Assembly: GCF_032191835.1 (NCBI RefSeq)
Contig: NC_083238.1
Coordinates: 8,184,001-8,248,000 of the forward strand
DNA: 64,000 nucleotides
Source of the DNA: Heteronotia binoei
Lineage: Eukaryota
Direction: 5' to 3'
Both the position numbers and the translations under genes were made by a program. Within the stretch, counting starts at the first letter, position 1. Each line of letters starts with the position of its first letter. Below are positions 12,930-25,488 of the stretch, piece by piece. Under the pieces are notes generated by a model. It was given only the letters and a program-made list of their open reading frames with translations. It ran no database searches and had not been told where the DNA came from.

Positions 12930-13670
12930 ACTTAGCAGCCACTGCTAAGTCCGCATTTTTTCACCTTAGGCGGGCGAGGCAGTTGGCTCCTTTTCTGGAG
13001 CATGATGACCTAGCAATGGTGATCCATGCAACAGTCACCTCGAGGTTGGACTACTGTAATGCCCTCTACATGGGGCTGCCCTTGTGCCGAACCCGGAAGT
13101 TGCAGTTAGTGCAGAATGCCGCGGCCTGGTTGTTATTGGGGCTCCCAAGATGGGAGCACATTCGGCCAGGGCTCCGGACTCTGCACTGGCTGCCAATAAC
13201 ATACCGAGTTCGGTACCAGGTGCTGGTTATTACCTTTAAAGCCCTATATGGCCTAGGACCTGCCTACCTTAGGGACTGTCTCTCCCCACATGTTCCCCAG
13301 AGAGTACTGAGATCGGCATCTCAAAATCTACTTGTTATCCCCGGGCCAAAGGATGCCGCCTGCAATCCACCAGGGACAGGGCCTTCTCTGTAATGGCTCC
13401 TTTCTGGTGGAACCAACTGCCGGAAGAGGTGAGGGCCCTGCGGGACCTTGCCCAGTTCCGCAGGGCCTGTAAGACAGCCCTCTTCCGGCTGGCTTATAAT
13501 TAACTGGCACTGGAAGCTGAGTGTAGTTTTGACAGACCGCCACTATATGTTTTATTATTTTATTGTTTTAACTGTGTTAGATGTTTTAAACTCAAATTAT
13601 GTTAGATTTGTATGTGTTGTGAGCCACCCTAAGCCACCTCGGTGGGAAGGGCGGGATATAAATTGAAATA
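12930..13670 (+). mobile_element. L2 LINE 3' fragment
   Basis: ORF 12983-13393 (VIHATVTSRLDYCNALYMGLP...LHWLPI) and tail tgagccaccctaagcc...gggcgggatataaat. Confidence 0.9.
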
Positions 13671-14518
13671 AACTTGAAACTATCCACTGCATCATGCAGG
13701 CCTCTTGAAATGATTTTTGTCAAGAATACCTATGAGAACTATGCTATTGCATTTATAAGAAATGTGATTGAAGGAAACAGATGTAAACAGCTTGGAAATT
13801 CTGTTTCCATAACACCAGCTTACTTGGTGCCATTTCACACCTTTACATTCCAGAACAGCCCTCTGGAGACAATTTGAGAACATATGACTAAGCTCACAGT
13901 TGGGCTAAGCAGAGGTGCTTTGAAGTCAAATACCTTCGCTAAATACTCTTAAGCGGGGTGCCCTGTTAATGATCTGCCAGGGGAACCTGAATTCTGAACT
14001 GTTCCATTAAGTGTGAAATGTATTACTTTCAGGTCACATGCATAAATGGAATAAAAATAATACAACTCAGAACTAAAACTGCTTGTGGTAAATAAGAATA
14101 GTTGAAATTATGTTTTTTTAAAAACATCATTAAACAAATATCATATAGATATTAACTCTGTGAACACATCATGAACACTTCATTTTTAACAACAGATTTC
14201 TAGAGGGATTCTATTTAAACGTATGTCAATTGCAATGTTCTTTGTAAATGGAGTAGGAACTAAGTGATCCAGGATGAAAGCATATTGTTATTAGCCTATA
14301 CTACAAAGATAAATTAATGTGCCAGAAAGAAAGATGTAATATCCCCATGCATCTTTACTTTCTGCAAAAGTTTCCCAAAGCTGAGCCATTGCAAACTCTG
14401 CTGTATGTAATCTTTCAGTTAACACAGTGCACATAATCTTCAAATTAATACAGCAGCCAGCATGATGTGGTTAGAAGGTTGAACTGAGATCTGTGAGATC
14501 TATTTTCAAATACCCACT

Positions 14519-14712
14519 CAGAAGAAGAAGAAGATGATGATGATATTGGATTTATATCCCACGCTACACTCCAAATCTCAGAGTGGTTTACAATCTCCTT
14601 TACCTTCCCCTCCCAACAGACACCCTATGAGCCGGGTGGGGCTGAGCAAGCTCTCTCAGGAGCTGCCATTCCAAGGACAGCTCTGAGATAGCTATGGCTG
14701 ATCCAAGGCCAC
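14519..14712 (-). mobile_element. Squam3-like SINE, 5'-truncated
   Basis: (GAA)n tail followed by GATATTGGATTTATATCCC...CAGACACCCT, the same body as the 55.5-56.4 kb and 62.7 kb copies. Confidence 0.8.
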
Positions 14713-15934
14713 TCTATCCTGCAAGCTCGCTGGGTGACCTTGGATCATTTAGTGTCTGTCAGCCCAACCTATTGTAGCTCACAGGGTTGTTGTGAGTTGG
14801 GAATACTGTTGTAAACGCTTTTGGGTTTCATTGGAGGAGGACAGGGAAATAGAGCTATCTGTTTAAATAAATAATCCAAATACCTTTATTGGCATGGAAA
14901 ATAAATAAACATGTTAATGTGATAGTGTTCCCTTTCAGAGCATGCTGTTATGTATAATATTCCTTGACCACAGATGTTGCTTAAACATGCATGAATATAT
15001 ATGAATACATTGAATATTTCCATATGCTATGCAATGAAAGTAATTGCATTGTAAAATTAATGGAAACTGATGAATAGAGAGCTACATAACATTTGATGTT
15101 CTTTTTTTCAGTGTAATTTGGCTTATAGTGTTAATATACCCACTCTGAACTTCCCTGTAGGGCTTGTGCATGCGCCACTGTCAAAGCACCCAGCCTCGAG
15201 TGAGGGGAGCAGCTTTGGTATCTTTGCCCTTGTTTACCTTGCCTCCTTGAGTCAAGCCCCCAAAGATGGGATGTCTGCTAGGGTTATGAAATGGAAGGAA
15301 GAGTATGGGCCTTGTGCTCCTCCTTGTGTGTCAGCACAAAGTGCTCACCCTGTGGTGCCAAGTGCCCTCTCTGTACTTCTGCCAAAAGTGCCTTGCCCCC
15401 TGCTCTAATTCTGCACGGTAGGAAGCTCCAAGACAGAGTCCCGTGCCATGCACCCTAACTACTGAGTTTAGAGAAGTCCTGCTGTAGGATTTTGTAGGGT
15501 GAGGGGGCTGCAATTGGGGGCTGGGGTTTGGTTGTCCAAGGGAGGGGGGATTAGCCAAACCTGTAGTTGGCATTCTGAGCTCTTCTGAGTTCCAGGGGTA
15601 GGGCTGCAGCAGTGGGGATTACCTGATTTTCACATTCCATGGGTGCCTAAGGCAAATAGCATATTGTTATTGCTGTAACCTTCTTCTAGCAGGGGGTGTA
15701 CCCAGGCTGAATGGGCTCAGGGAGATGACTAACTGGCCATGCTCCCAACAACACTCATAACCACAGCTACACAGTGGTTTATGCCACAGTTGCACCAATG
15801 GCCAGCCACCCCACCTCACCACTGGTACCTGCAAGCAATGGGGTGGTACAACAGGCCTGTAATGTTGTAAGTATAACTGTGGCTTATGCTGAAGTAGGGG
15901 TAAATCGGCTTCCAATTGCTCCTGGAAGGCAAGG

Positions 15935-17728
15935 GATGCACATTAGCAACAATATATGCGCCAAACAATGCTAAAGTAAATTTTTTCAAGATTCCGCTCC
16001 CAAAAATAATGCTAGAATTTCAAGATGAAGATATATATAGTGCTAGATCCAAAGAAGGCCAGATTTATGAATTTTAAATCTGGAAAATTACCCCAAAATG
16101 TACACCAACATTTCAAAATGCTGAAAGTAGAAGATTCCTGGAGGATCAAGCACACAAAGGGCAGAGATTTTACATTTTTTTCTTGATAGAATGTATATAT
16201 GGTGGGTATCAAAAAGTCTAACTATAAATCTAGACAAAGCAGAGATTCAACCAAAGATATTTGTAGATTATATTCCCATATAAGTAGTTTGGCAATGGAA
16301 CAAAAAATCAAGAGGAATATGGCAACTAAATGATGATCTTTTACTACAAGAAGATGTAGTAAGTGAGCATAAAAAAGAACTGGAAGAGTTAAAATAATAT
16401 AGAAAAAAATTGCTTCAACTACAATTTGAGAAGCAAACAAAATTGTTATTAGAGGAATCTTATTATCAGCTGTCACTAAAAAGAAATGAGAAAAATCAAA
16501 ACAAACCAAGATAATGGCAGAAAAAAAAATCCAAAGATTGCAACAAGAGCACAAAACCCTGAATTAAGACACACTAGCAAAGATCAGACAATAAAAGAAA
16601 CCAGTTAGATGTGTTAAAAATGCAAAAGGTACAGAAAAAAGCTAAAAATTCTAAAACAAAGTCATTTCAAACATGCAAACAAACTTGGCAGATATTTGGC
16701 ATATTGTTTAAAGAAGAATAAAGAAAAAAAGAGTAATAGGTGTAAAGAAAGGAGATTAAATTACATATGCAGAAAAAATAAATACAAGAACAATTTATCA
16801 ATGCTCTTTCAAGATTATATCAAAAGAAGTCTGTCTTCGAAAAAGGAATAAGAGAATATCAAACAAAGTTTTATTCAAGGAATGAGAGAATTGCTAAAAA
16901 TGCTCCACCACTTCCTACATGATTAAATCTAATAGAGAGAATGAGACAAGGGAACCAGCTGAACACTGAAAATAATCACCCACAATGCAGCCCAAATAAA
17001 ATGAGAGGAGGGAAATGAAAGGAGCATCTATAATAGACTTATAACGAATGAAAAGGATAATAGAAGCAAATAGCAACTGAAAATTAAAGAATAAAGGTCC
17101 TTGAAGCAGAGCACAACCTAAAACAGATTAGCACCCTATTTACAAGTTCAACACATATGAAAAAGGTTCCATCTAAAGAAGGCAATGATGAAAAGTTATC
17201 ACATTCGTACCTATTTCTCTGCTGAACATAGATTATAAAATCTTCACCACAGTATTAGCAGAAAAACTAAGAAAATGTATGCCAAATTAAATTTACATCA
17301 ATCAAACAGGCTTTGTGCCAAAGAGGTACATGAAAGACAATATATGGTTTATAATAGATGCAATCAAATTTGTGAACAAGAAGAGAAAGAAAACAGCATT
17401 TTTGGATGCAGCAAAAGCATTTGATAATTTAGCATGACTTAAAAACAAACAAACAAACAAACCCTGAATGTACTTCAAATTTGGGTTGTGGCCCTGAATT
17501 CAGAAACTGGATGCAAGGTATATATTTGAACCAACAAGCAAAGATGCTAATTAATGAACAATTAATATGAACAATCCAATTCAAAATGGAACATACCAGG
17601 GATGTCATTTGTCACCTCTACTATTTATCTTAGAAATAAAGATTCTAGCTATGAAGATCAGACAAGGCACAAGGATTAAAAGAATAATGGTGAAAGATAA
17701 CAGAATTCAAAATGAAAAGCTTTGCAGA
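15935..17728 (+). mobile_element. Degenerate L1-clade LINE ORF2 (EN to RT), truncated at the YADD-equivalent
   Basis: TIYAPN (EN) near 15950; PISLLNIDYKIF, QTGFVP, FLDAAKAFDN near 17210-17430; GTYQGCHLSPLLFIL (ORF 17567-17848); stops at SFAD. Closely similar to the L1 at 59-64 kb. Confidence 0.8.
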
Positions 17729-18801
17729 CCATGGCTGGGCCCAGACTGGCAGCTTTGGATGCACGGAAGGCATCTCAAATCGGGCTGGTTCAAAATGGAG
17801 TGGCTGAATCTCAGACACTCCCACATGAGTCACCTGTTTCCCACATGAGAGGCACTTTGTTGTGATCAGACAGCTGTTGCACGCCATCCCCTTGGTGTGG
17901 TTTGGGTTTCTTTTTCTCCATACATTTTTTTCCATACATGTGCTCATGCACTCTGGGCAGTTTTTTTTTAAAGAACACTGTTGAGTGCCTAGAGTGGATT
18001 GGTGGGTTCACACCACCAATCTGCCTCGCATGCATGTTCCCACGTTCAGATGCCCAGAAAGACAGATAGCGTGCGGCAGAAGGATTTGCTACCACTTAGC
18101 AAGTGGTAGATTTTTGAGCACCTCAGAGATGCCAGGGGATGGGATGAGTACAGGAGCAGGACAGAACTTTCTCAGTTCTGCCTTCTCCGCCCACCCCATG
18201 GGAGTACAGTTTTGCCTTGGGCAGTTCTTGCCCAGGGATGAGTTCAATCGCACAATCCATGCTTCTATGAGGGGGGAGTTCATTAGCTTCCTCCTCACTG
18301 AATACTTTTTTCAAGTCTTGGTATTCTCTGGGGATGGCCCGGACTTCCTCCACGGCCACACACATTTTCTCATTCTTGGGGGGGGGGGTTCAGGTCCCCA
18401 TGTTTTGGCCCACCGATGGCGCTTGCACTTACTGTCCGTGAAATCTATAGTCTGATCCCCCCACCTAATGTCCGGCTTGTGTTTGGCTAACCATCCCACT
18501 CCCAAGGCTACATCGAATGATGCAGATGGGGCAATTACAAACAGTTCAGTATCCCACAGGCACCATTTGAGTCTGCACACACGGTTCTCCCTTCATCACG
18601 GTACCATCCATCTGTTCAAATTGGATGAGGTGGGGCAGCAGGGTTCGTGTAAGTCCGAGGGCGTCCACCAATTTGGGGGTAATTATTTCCCTCGTACACC
18701 CCGAGTCAATTAAAGCTCGCGCGTGCATAAACCTCTTGAGCCTTGGGTTTAATAAAGTCAATGGGACAAAAAACAAAGACCCAGTTATTCTCACCCTCAG
18801 C

Positions 18802-18863
18802 GGTGCCATTAGATCCACGACCTGCTGCTTGGCACCTTTCAGTGCAGGTCGTCCTCGTTTCCC
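18802..18863 (-). promoter_or_regulatory. -1 programmed ribosomal frameshift signal (slippery heptamer plus H-type pseudoknot)
   Basis: Minus strand: G GGA AAC (18863-18857), 4-nt spacer, stem 1 ACGACCTGC/GCAGGTCGT (9 bp), loop GGTGCCA pairing with downstream TGGCACC (7 bp). The -1 frame leads into the protease ORF. Confidence 0.85.
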
Positions 18864-20301
18864 GCCGGTTCTACTTCCCAAGACATCTTGCTCAACTCAT
18901 CCATGATGATTTCTTCGAGAATTGCGGAAGCAGCAGTGCTCCCCCTCGCTGATTCCTTGGTGCGGGTAGATGTCCTCTTGGGTGTCGCTGCCGTAGGCTT
19001 TGGAGTTAAGGGGGGGGGGGCCTCGAGGTTTCTCTGGGCAGTCTGCCGCCAGATGGTTCGGGTTCCCACATCGATAGCACTTGCAGACAGGTGGAGTCTT
19101 GGTGGCCCTTCTTCCCCTCTGGTTTTGCCCCTGACCAAGACTCATGTCCTCCCTTACCCCCTTGCTGCTGTTGCCATTTTAGGGCCACTCTTTTCATATT
19201 GGTTTCTACCTCCCCTGCCAGCTGCACCCATCCTACGAGTGTGGTAGGACGCGCCTGCTGCAGGGCCTGATCCAGCACGCTCGCATTCAGACCCTTCTGG
19301 AACTGCTCTATCTTCATCAGCTCATTCCAGCCCCGAACTTTAGCTAAGTTGGCTCTAAAGTCGGCCGCATACTCACACACCGACTTTGACCCCTGTTGCA
19401 TCTCCCGCAGTGCTGTGAGAGCTCAGGTTTCTTGGAGGGAATCTTCGTATTGAGTGAGCAAGGCTTGCAGGAATCTGGCCACGGTGTCCAGCTCAGGGCC
19501 CCTCGTCTCATACAAGCTCACATACCACCTTTTGGCCACCCCTTTCAGCTTGGACCCCAAGTAGTCCACTCTACTAAAATCATCTGGGAACGTGTTCCCC
19601 CAATAGTGCATGTAACTATTGGCTTGAATTGAGAAGTATTCTACTTCTTTGGGGTCACCATCGAAGGTGGCATCCAACTCACTTCCCCGCACATAGTCGT
19701 GGGGCCCTGGCACCACTGGCTGCGGCGCCGGGGCAGGGGGTGCTGGAGCCCTTGGGGCTTGGGGTGGTGCTGGCTGTTCCACCGGTGGGGCTGGTCGTGC
19801 CGCCGGAGGTGCTCCTACTGGGATCCCTGGGATCCCCGTTGGGTCTGGCCTCAGTAGCCGGTCGATCTGCCGCCGCATCTCTTGGGCCATGAACGTGGCG
19901 TTGGCTTGGATCTCGTCCCTCAGCCCTCTTGCCATGGTTATCATCTCACCTCCCACCATTTCCAGGATATCTGGTTCACCCGGACCTTTGCCTCTGTCCT
20001 CCCCCTCGGAGTTGGAACCCGACGGTTCTCCACCGTCGTCATCGGGTCGGGGTTCTTTTTGTCCATCTCTGTCCCCGGGAGGGCAACCTTCCCGGTTGCC
20101 TCCTGGAGCTTCGCCACCTTGTCCCCCTCGAGCTGGTCTTGTTAGGATGGCCTCCCGGCGGGCTGGAGCTTCGTCCATCAGGGCAGTGGAGGTTTGCGGC
20201 TCCCACTTTTGTGGGGTGATGAACAGTTGTTGGACGTGTAGAGGGGACCCGCACCCTGCGACTCGCCTTGCATCGATGATGTGCCAAGGGGGGGTCCGCA
20301 C
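18839..20301 (-). pseudogene. gag: Gypsy gag, broken by small frameshifts
   Basis: Capsid, zinc knuckle and C-terminal ...PAGNEDDLH* are spread over successive overlapping ORFs; one break lies at the G run near 19011-19020. Confidence 0.8.
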
Positions 20302-20317
20302 CTCTATTTTCTCCAGC

Positions 20318-21141
20318 GGTTTATTTATTTATTTAGGATTTATATCCCGCCCTTCCCACGAATGGCTCAGGGCGGCTTCCAACAATTAATCAACTTAAAA
20401 TTAAACAATTTCAAATATAAAACAGTTAAATAGTTAAACAGTTAAAACATTAAAACAGAGTAATTCAGTTTCCTGTAAAAAGATGGCTGGCCAGTTTCCT
20501 CAAGTTGTTATACTAGCTAAATGTAGGCTAGGTATAGGCTAGCCGGAAGAGGGTCGTCTTACAGGCCCTGCGGAACTGCGCCAAGTCCCGCAGGGCCCTC
20601 ACCTCTTCCGGCAGCTGATTCCACCATACGGGGGCCATAACGGAGAAAGCCCTTTCCCTGGTGGCTTTCAGACGGGCTTCTTTTGGTCCGGGGATAGTGA
20701 GGAGATTTTGTGTTCCTGATCTCGGTGCTCTCTGGGGAACATGTGGGGAGAGACGGTCCTTCAGGTAGGCAGGTCCCAGGCCATATAGGGCTTTAAAGGT
20801 AATAACCAGCACCTTGTACCGGACTCGGTATATCACTGGAAGCCAGTGCAGAGTCCGGAGACCCGGCTGGATGTGTTCCCACTTTGGGAGACCCAATAAC
20901 AGCTGGGCCGCGGCATTCTGCACCAGCTGCAGTTTCCGGGTCCGAGACAAGGGCAGCCCCATGTAGAGGGCGTTGCAGTAGTCCAACCTTGAGGTGACCG
21001 TAGCATGGATCACTGTTGCTAGGTCGTCGTGCTCCAGAAAGGGGGCCAGCTGCCTTGCCCGTCTAAGATGAAAAAATGCGGACTTGGCAGTGGCTGCTAT
21101 CTGAGCCTCCATCTTTAAAGAAGGCTCCAATAGCACCCCCA
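20318..21141 (-). mobile_element. Young L2 LINE 3' fragment
   Basis: Uninterrupted ORF 20528-21142 (VTSRLDYCNALYMGLP...LHWLPV...FRRACKT) and (ATAA)n tail at about 20318-20335. Confidence 0.92.
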
Positions 21142-21196
21142 CTGTTCACTGTTATCTGGCGCTCCTTCAGCCATTCGGCTTGAAAGTTACCAGGTC

Positions 21197-21533
21197 TGTT
21201 GAACTTTAAAGAAGGATCACTTCCAAAATGCCAAGCATCAGATCTCAAAATAACCGAGCATTGATTTTGAAACAAAGTCTTAGTTTATTGATAATCCATT
21301 GTGCTCGGGTAGGCACATCAAAGGTATTTTAGGAATTCTAACACAGGCGTGTGAAACTAACACTCTTGCTACTTTATCTATTCTTGCGGTTTAGCAATAT
21401 CCTAGGTCCAGGTTTAACCCTGGGAAAGTATCCCAGGAGACCTTATCTTCAAAGAGGACATTCCTGCATTTGCTACTGGTGAGAACTAAGGAATAGGTTA
21501 TATGGCTTTGATGTGCAGTACATTAGAATAACA
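21197..21533 (-). mobile_element. AT-rich LTR-like segment
   Basis: Minus strand begins TGTTATT, ends GTTCAACA and contains AATAAA; followed by a TGG-starting segment. No TSD or partner LTR found. Confidence 0.45.
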
Positions 21534-21559
21534 GTTGAAAATACAGTTATACAAAGAAA

Positions 21560-22800
21560 GAAACAACATGCTTGACAGGGAGTTAGGCAAGATTTTTATT
21601 GGCCCCTCTTTTTTTGATCTGTATATAAATGATTAAGCTGTCTTTTTAGATCCCCACTTGTCCTATGCCTCTACTCTGGCAGATCAAAAAATATCATGAA
21701 TGCTTTATGTGGATGATATCGTGCTCCTTTGTCACTCCCCAGTAGGCTGAATATTGTCTAAATGAGGAATTATGAATATTCTCTGAATGAGGGATTATAT
21801 ATAAACACCCAGAAATCTAAAATCATGGTCTTTCCTGAATATAAATGTCAAGTTAACCCAAAGAACCTTGATCAAGTTCAATAATTTCAAGCTATTTAAG
21901 ATAGAAATTGCATCTGAAAAATTTTAAACAGAAAGCAAAATTATCCAGTTTTAATTGGCTCTAATTGACTTTTTTTTCCAAACCCATAATTTGAATGTTA
22001 TACTTGGAGGAATTCAAGCATTTAATGCTAAGGCAATTCCCTAAATGTTATATGGTATTGGGGTTTTGATTAAGGAGATAGATGAAGCAATTGACCAGCC
22101 TTTAATGCAATTTCTCCATAGTGTATCAGGCATGCCAAATTGTGTCTCTGGTGTACCCCTCAAAGAGTAATTAAATCAGAAATCTCTGGAAGGTTTAGCA
22201 TGACAAAGATAATTTTTGCTATATCTTAATATGTTCATGTCTAAAAAGGGGCACCTAAGTATTATTATTAGAAAAGATCTTCTACTGAACTCTTGGAAAA
22301 AGGTAATTGAAAACAAGGTTTAATTTAACCCAAACAAAGTATATGAGATTAAAGAAATCAAGTTAGCAGTGATACACCTGGATTTTAGAAGAATGCAGGA
22401 GAGAGCACGATGGGTCTGCTCAGCAACCATTCATGGCCTAATCCTCTTTAATTTTATTCCACAATATCTTTTTAATTTAAGGGTGCCACAGTATAGAAGG
22501 TTATTTATGCTGGCTAGGCTAAATGCCTTTCCATCAATGATTACAGAGAGCTGTTATGCAGGTATTTCTTATTCAGAGAGAGGATGTGAGTGTGGGGATG
22601 ATCATATTGAGACTTTGGAACATATTTTGCTGTTCTGTTGTTTTTGGAGGATTTGAGGAGGAAGTATTTCAGGCAGTTTATATCATATAAATTTTATTTT
22701 TCTTCATAGATTCTAATTCAGATGTTACTATTAGATACAGATTATAGGATCATGATATGAATAGCAAAAGTTTGGTCAGCAGTCATTAATGTAAAAGGAG
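21560..22800 (+). mobile_element. Old non-LTR retrotransposon remnant (clade uncertain)
   Basis: LYVDDIVLL near 21705 and C-terminal RLNAFPS...RGCECGDDHIETLEHILLFC (ORF 22369-22656). Confidence 0.6.
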
Positions 22801-22869
22801 ATAATATAAGGTTCTTTCGGTGTGATGCTGCTTGTGGCCAGTTGGCTATTAAAGCAATATTATTCAAGT

Positions 22870-23720
22870 AAGATTTGTAAAAAAAGCAAAAAGATATTGG
22901 AAGGAAATGCATGGGGAAAGGCAGTATATAAAATTAAATTCCCTATGGAAGCTAGGAATATGCTATTAGGCATACTATCTAACGAATTACCAAAAATCCT
23001 GGAGGAGATATTCAGATATATAGTAATAGTGGCTAGAATAGTCTATGCAGCAAAATGGAAACTATACATTTGTCAATGCATAGAAGAATGGGAAAACTTA
23101 GTTGCGGAATATGAAGTAATGGTGAAATTAATATTTGAGAAATAGATCACTTATAAAATTTGAGAAGAGATGGAGTGTGTATTATGCAAGTAGGTGTTAA
23201 ATTTAGAATGAGAAACAGAATTGTGCATAAATATACTGCAATGTAGAAGTAGAATAGGAATAAGTTTTAAATGTAAAATCTTGAATATAAATGTATAAGG
23301 AAGTGGATCTTGAGCAGAATCTTCTACTTTCTTATTGTGAGATAATAATAGATTTTCCTTCTATATTTTGATTACCTATTTGTTAAAAGTTACAGTGAGT
23401 AGGTAGAAACGGTAAAAATATGTAATTCTGAATATGTAGTAAACATTAAGCCAATACTTGAGAGATAAAACAGATTAGTTATGACATTTGAAATCTAAAA
23501 TCTAAATATTTGAAAACTAAAAATGCTGAATATAAATGCACCCCAACAGAAGTACATCAGAATTAAGTGGTTGTTGGGGAGAAATGAGGGTTTTTTTATA
23601 CACTCTGTGATATATAATCATTTCTGATACACAGCACATAATTATGTTTTATAATCCTTTCCCCCTTTTTGTATTCATTTTATACTATTACTTTATTTTC
23701 TTAAATAAAAAATGAAAATC
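22870..23720 (+). mobile_element. L1-clade 3' end fragment
   Basis: MLLGILSNELPK...ARIVYAAKWK...EEW (ORF 22822-23145), then an AT-rich 3' UTR with AATAAA and an A-rich end. Confidence 0.6.
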
Positions 23721-24179
23721 TTTCAATGGGTTTAACAAAACAGCTTAAAGTACACAAAGAGGTTCCTTTGAGCTAAGTTTAAATCATAGACTATATTGCT
23801 TAATTTTTTTTTTTAAATGTTTATCTTGATCTTTTCTAATGGACTCCTAAATAATCTCCCCTCTGCACCATTAGCCCGGAAGAGCAAGAATGAACACTCC
23901 GCTTAAGCATGGTTGGTAGAATTTGAGCGTAGTGTCTTTCAGTGAGGAAAAGCTCTACTGGGCCGTGCAGCACCTTGCAGCTGAATAAATGGCTTATTGG
24001 GGCAGCTCCTCCCCCATAGTCTCCAGGCATCACCTCATGCTCAGCCTGGCAGGAGCTTGGTTGAGGCTGGATTGTGGCCTCCAAACGATCAGTGGCAGCA
24101 GTGGTGGTGGCAGCAGGGTCCGAAGGCCTTGGCAGTGATCATCGCTGGCAGAGTCAGTTTGTTTGGGAGCAGCCAGGAG

Positions 24180-24408
24180 GTTTTAACCTGTCTGTCTTTT
24201 TTTTTTTTGGAAGGCAAGTCCTCTGACCTGCCTGGCATTTGTGAGGAGAAATGGTTTCATCTAGTGGTGATGATGGCTCCATGCCCAGGATGACTGTGCA
24301 AGAACAGTGGCCTGAAACAGAAGCAGTGACTCCCAAGGCATTCCTATGTACTTGTGGGGCAGTCAATTCAACCCTGCCTGTTCTGTTGGGAGTTCAGTGT
24401 GCAACAGG
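24180..24408 (+). mobile_element. Older Ngaro-like element, left part (gag up to the zinc finger); left boundary uncertain
   Basis: cagtcaattcaaccctgcctgttctgttgggagttca...gtgtgcaacagg aligns with gag 26792-26852 of the young element. Confidence 0.6.
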
Positions 24409-24591
24409 AAGGTCCGGCCCTTACCCAGCCGAGCCTGCTTGCAGGTATTGAGGCTGGGGGCCGTCTTTGCCCCTCCCGGAAGGAGGGAGGAGCAGCATAA
24501 CCCGATATACGGGTGTTTGCTGGGGCGGGGAATCAGGGCTTTATAAGCCTCGGTTCCCGCCCTCCTGCCACGCAGTTTGTTTGGCTCTCTG
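24409..24591 (+). repeat. Split direct repeat A1 (copy A2 at 30531-30712)
   Basis: Hand alignment: 8 substitutions and 1 indel in 183 bp. Confidence 0.95.
24522..24546 (+). promoter_or_regulatory. Putative Pol II promoter in repeat A (GC box plus TATA-like)
   Basis: GGGGCGGGG at 24522-24530 and TTTATAA at 24540-24546, about 25-30 nt before an Inr-like GCAGTTT and a GTGAGA donor at 24593. Confidence 0.55.
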
Positions 24592-25488
24592 GGTGAGAGA
24601 GCCACGTGCGTCGGGAGCGTTGCGGCGGCGAGGGACCTGAGCGGGAGCGGTTGGACGGCGCGGCCCCGGCTCCTTCGGCTCCTTCCCTCATTCGGGCAGC
24701 GCGTGCGGTGCGTGCGGCCAGCTGATCGGCGCTGCGAGGCTGAGTCTTTTTGCGCGGCGTTTTCTGTGGCCTGGGTGGCCTGGGCCGGGGAGGCTTGCGC
24801 AGCTAAGTCCTTCGGGCTGTACGGGGCGCGGGCGACAGGGGAGCAGCGCTTGCGAGGCCGTGTGGGGGCAGTTCTGTGGGCCAGCTAGCGGCCCGAGCGG
24901 AGGCCAGCGCGGTGCTAGGGCTTTACGGTGCTGGGCTACAGGCCGGCCACGTTGCCTTACAAGGAGGAGGAGCGCAGCTTTTCACAGTCGGTTGGTGGTC
25001 GCAAGCGCTGGGCCAGCAGTAGGCAGTAGCCTCGTGGTTGGGTTCTACTGAAAGGGGGTTCCTGGTGCCTATTAGGGCCTTTCCACACCCGGAGCTGGGT
25101 GGGTGAGGCATTTGGCCTGTTAGTGGTTAGGCCCTGCTGGCAGGTAAACCCCTTCCCCCCCCCCCGTTTTTTCCTTTTTTCTCTGGCCACGTTGGTTTGA
25201 GCCTGCTTGGCTAGTGGTTGGGGTGAATTGGGCGAGGCTTTCCTGAAACGCCCCCCCCCCCCCTGACCTCCTTTCCTTGTGCACAGGGTGCAGTAGTTTG
25301 GGGCACTGCTGCCTGGGGGCTCGATTGGGGTCTCTTTTTTCGTTGGTGGGCAAGAGTGCGTGGGGACGTCTCCTTTAATTCTAACCCTCCTTCCACCACA
25401 TTAATTGGCAAGGGAGTGCTGGGAGGGAACCCTTTGAGTGGGGTTGCAGTCACCCCTGCTTTTGGCCAGTGGCATAGAGGCATTTGGG

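Larger units (their letters stand above)
18123..20301 (-). mobile_element. Ty3/Gypsy retrotransposon relic of the sushi/PEG10-like type (gag-PR-start of RT)
   Basis: Capsid-like ELDATFDGDPKEVEYF...LKGVAKRW (ORF 19423-20301); QQGSKSVCEYAADF (19006-19401); CCHC knuckle CYRCGNPNHLAADC (18897-19145); protease ALIDSGC (18546-18881); RT N-terminus ELPPHRSMDCAIELIPG (18123-18365). The rest of pol and the matching LTRs are absent. Confidence 0.88.

Noticed and set aside
17730-18120. Candidate 3' LTR of the Gypsy relic
   Set aside because: No TG...CA ends, no polypurine tract and no similarity to 21197-21533 or 45325-45921. The start resembles a Harbinger-type end instead.
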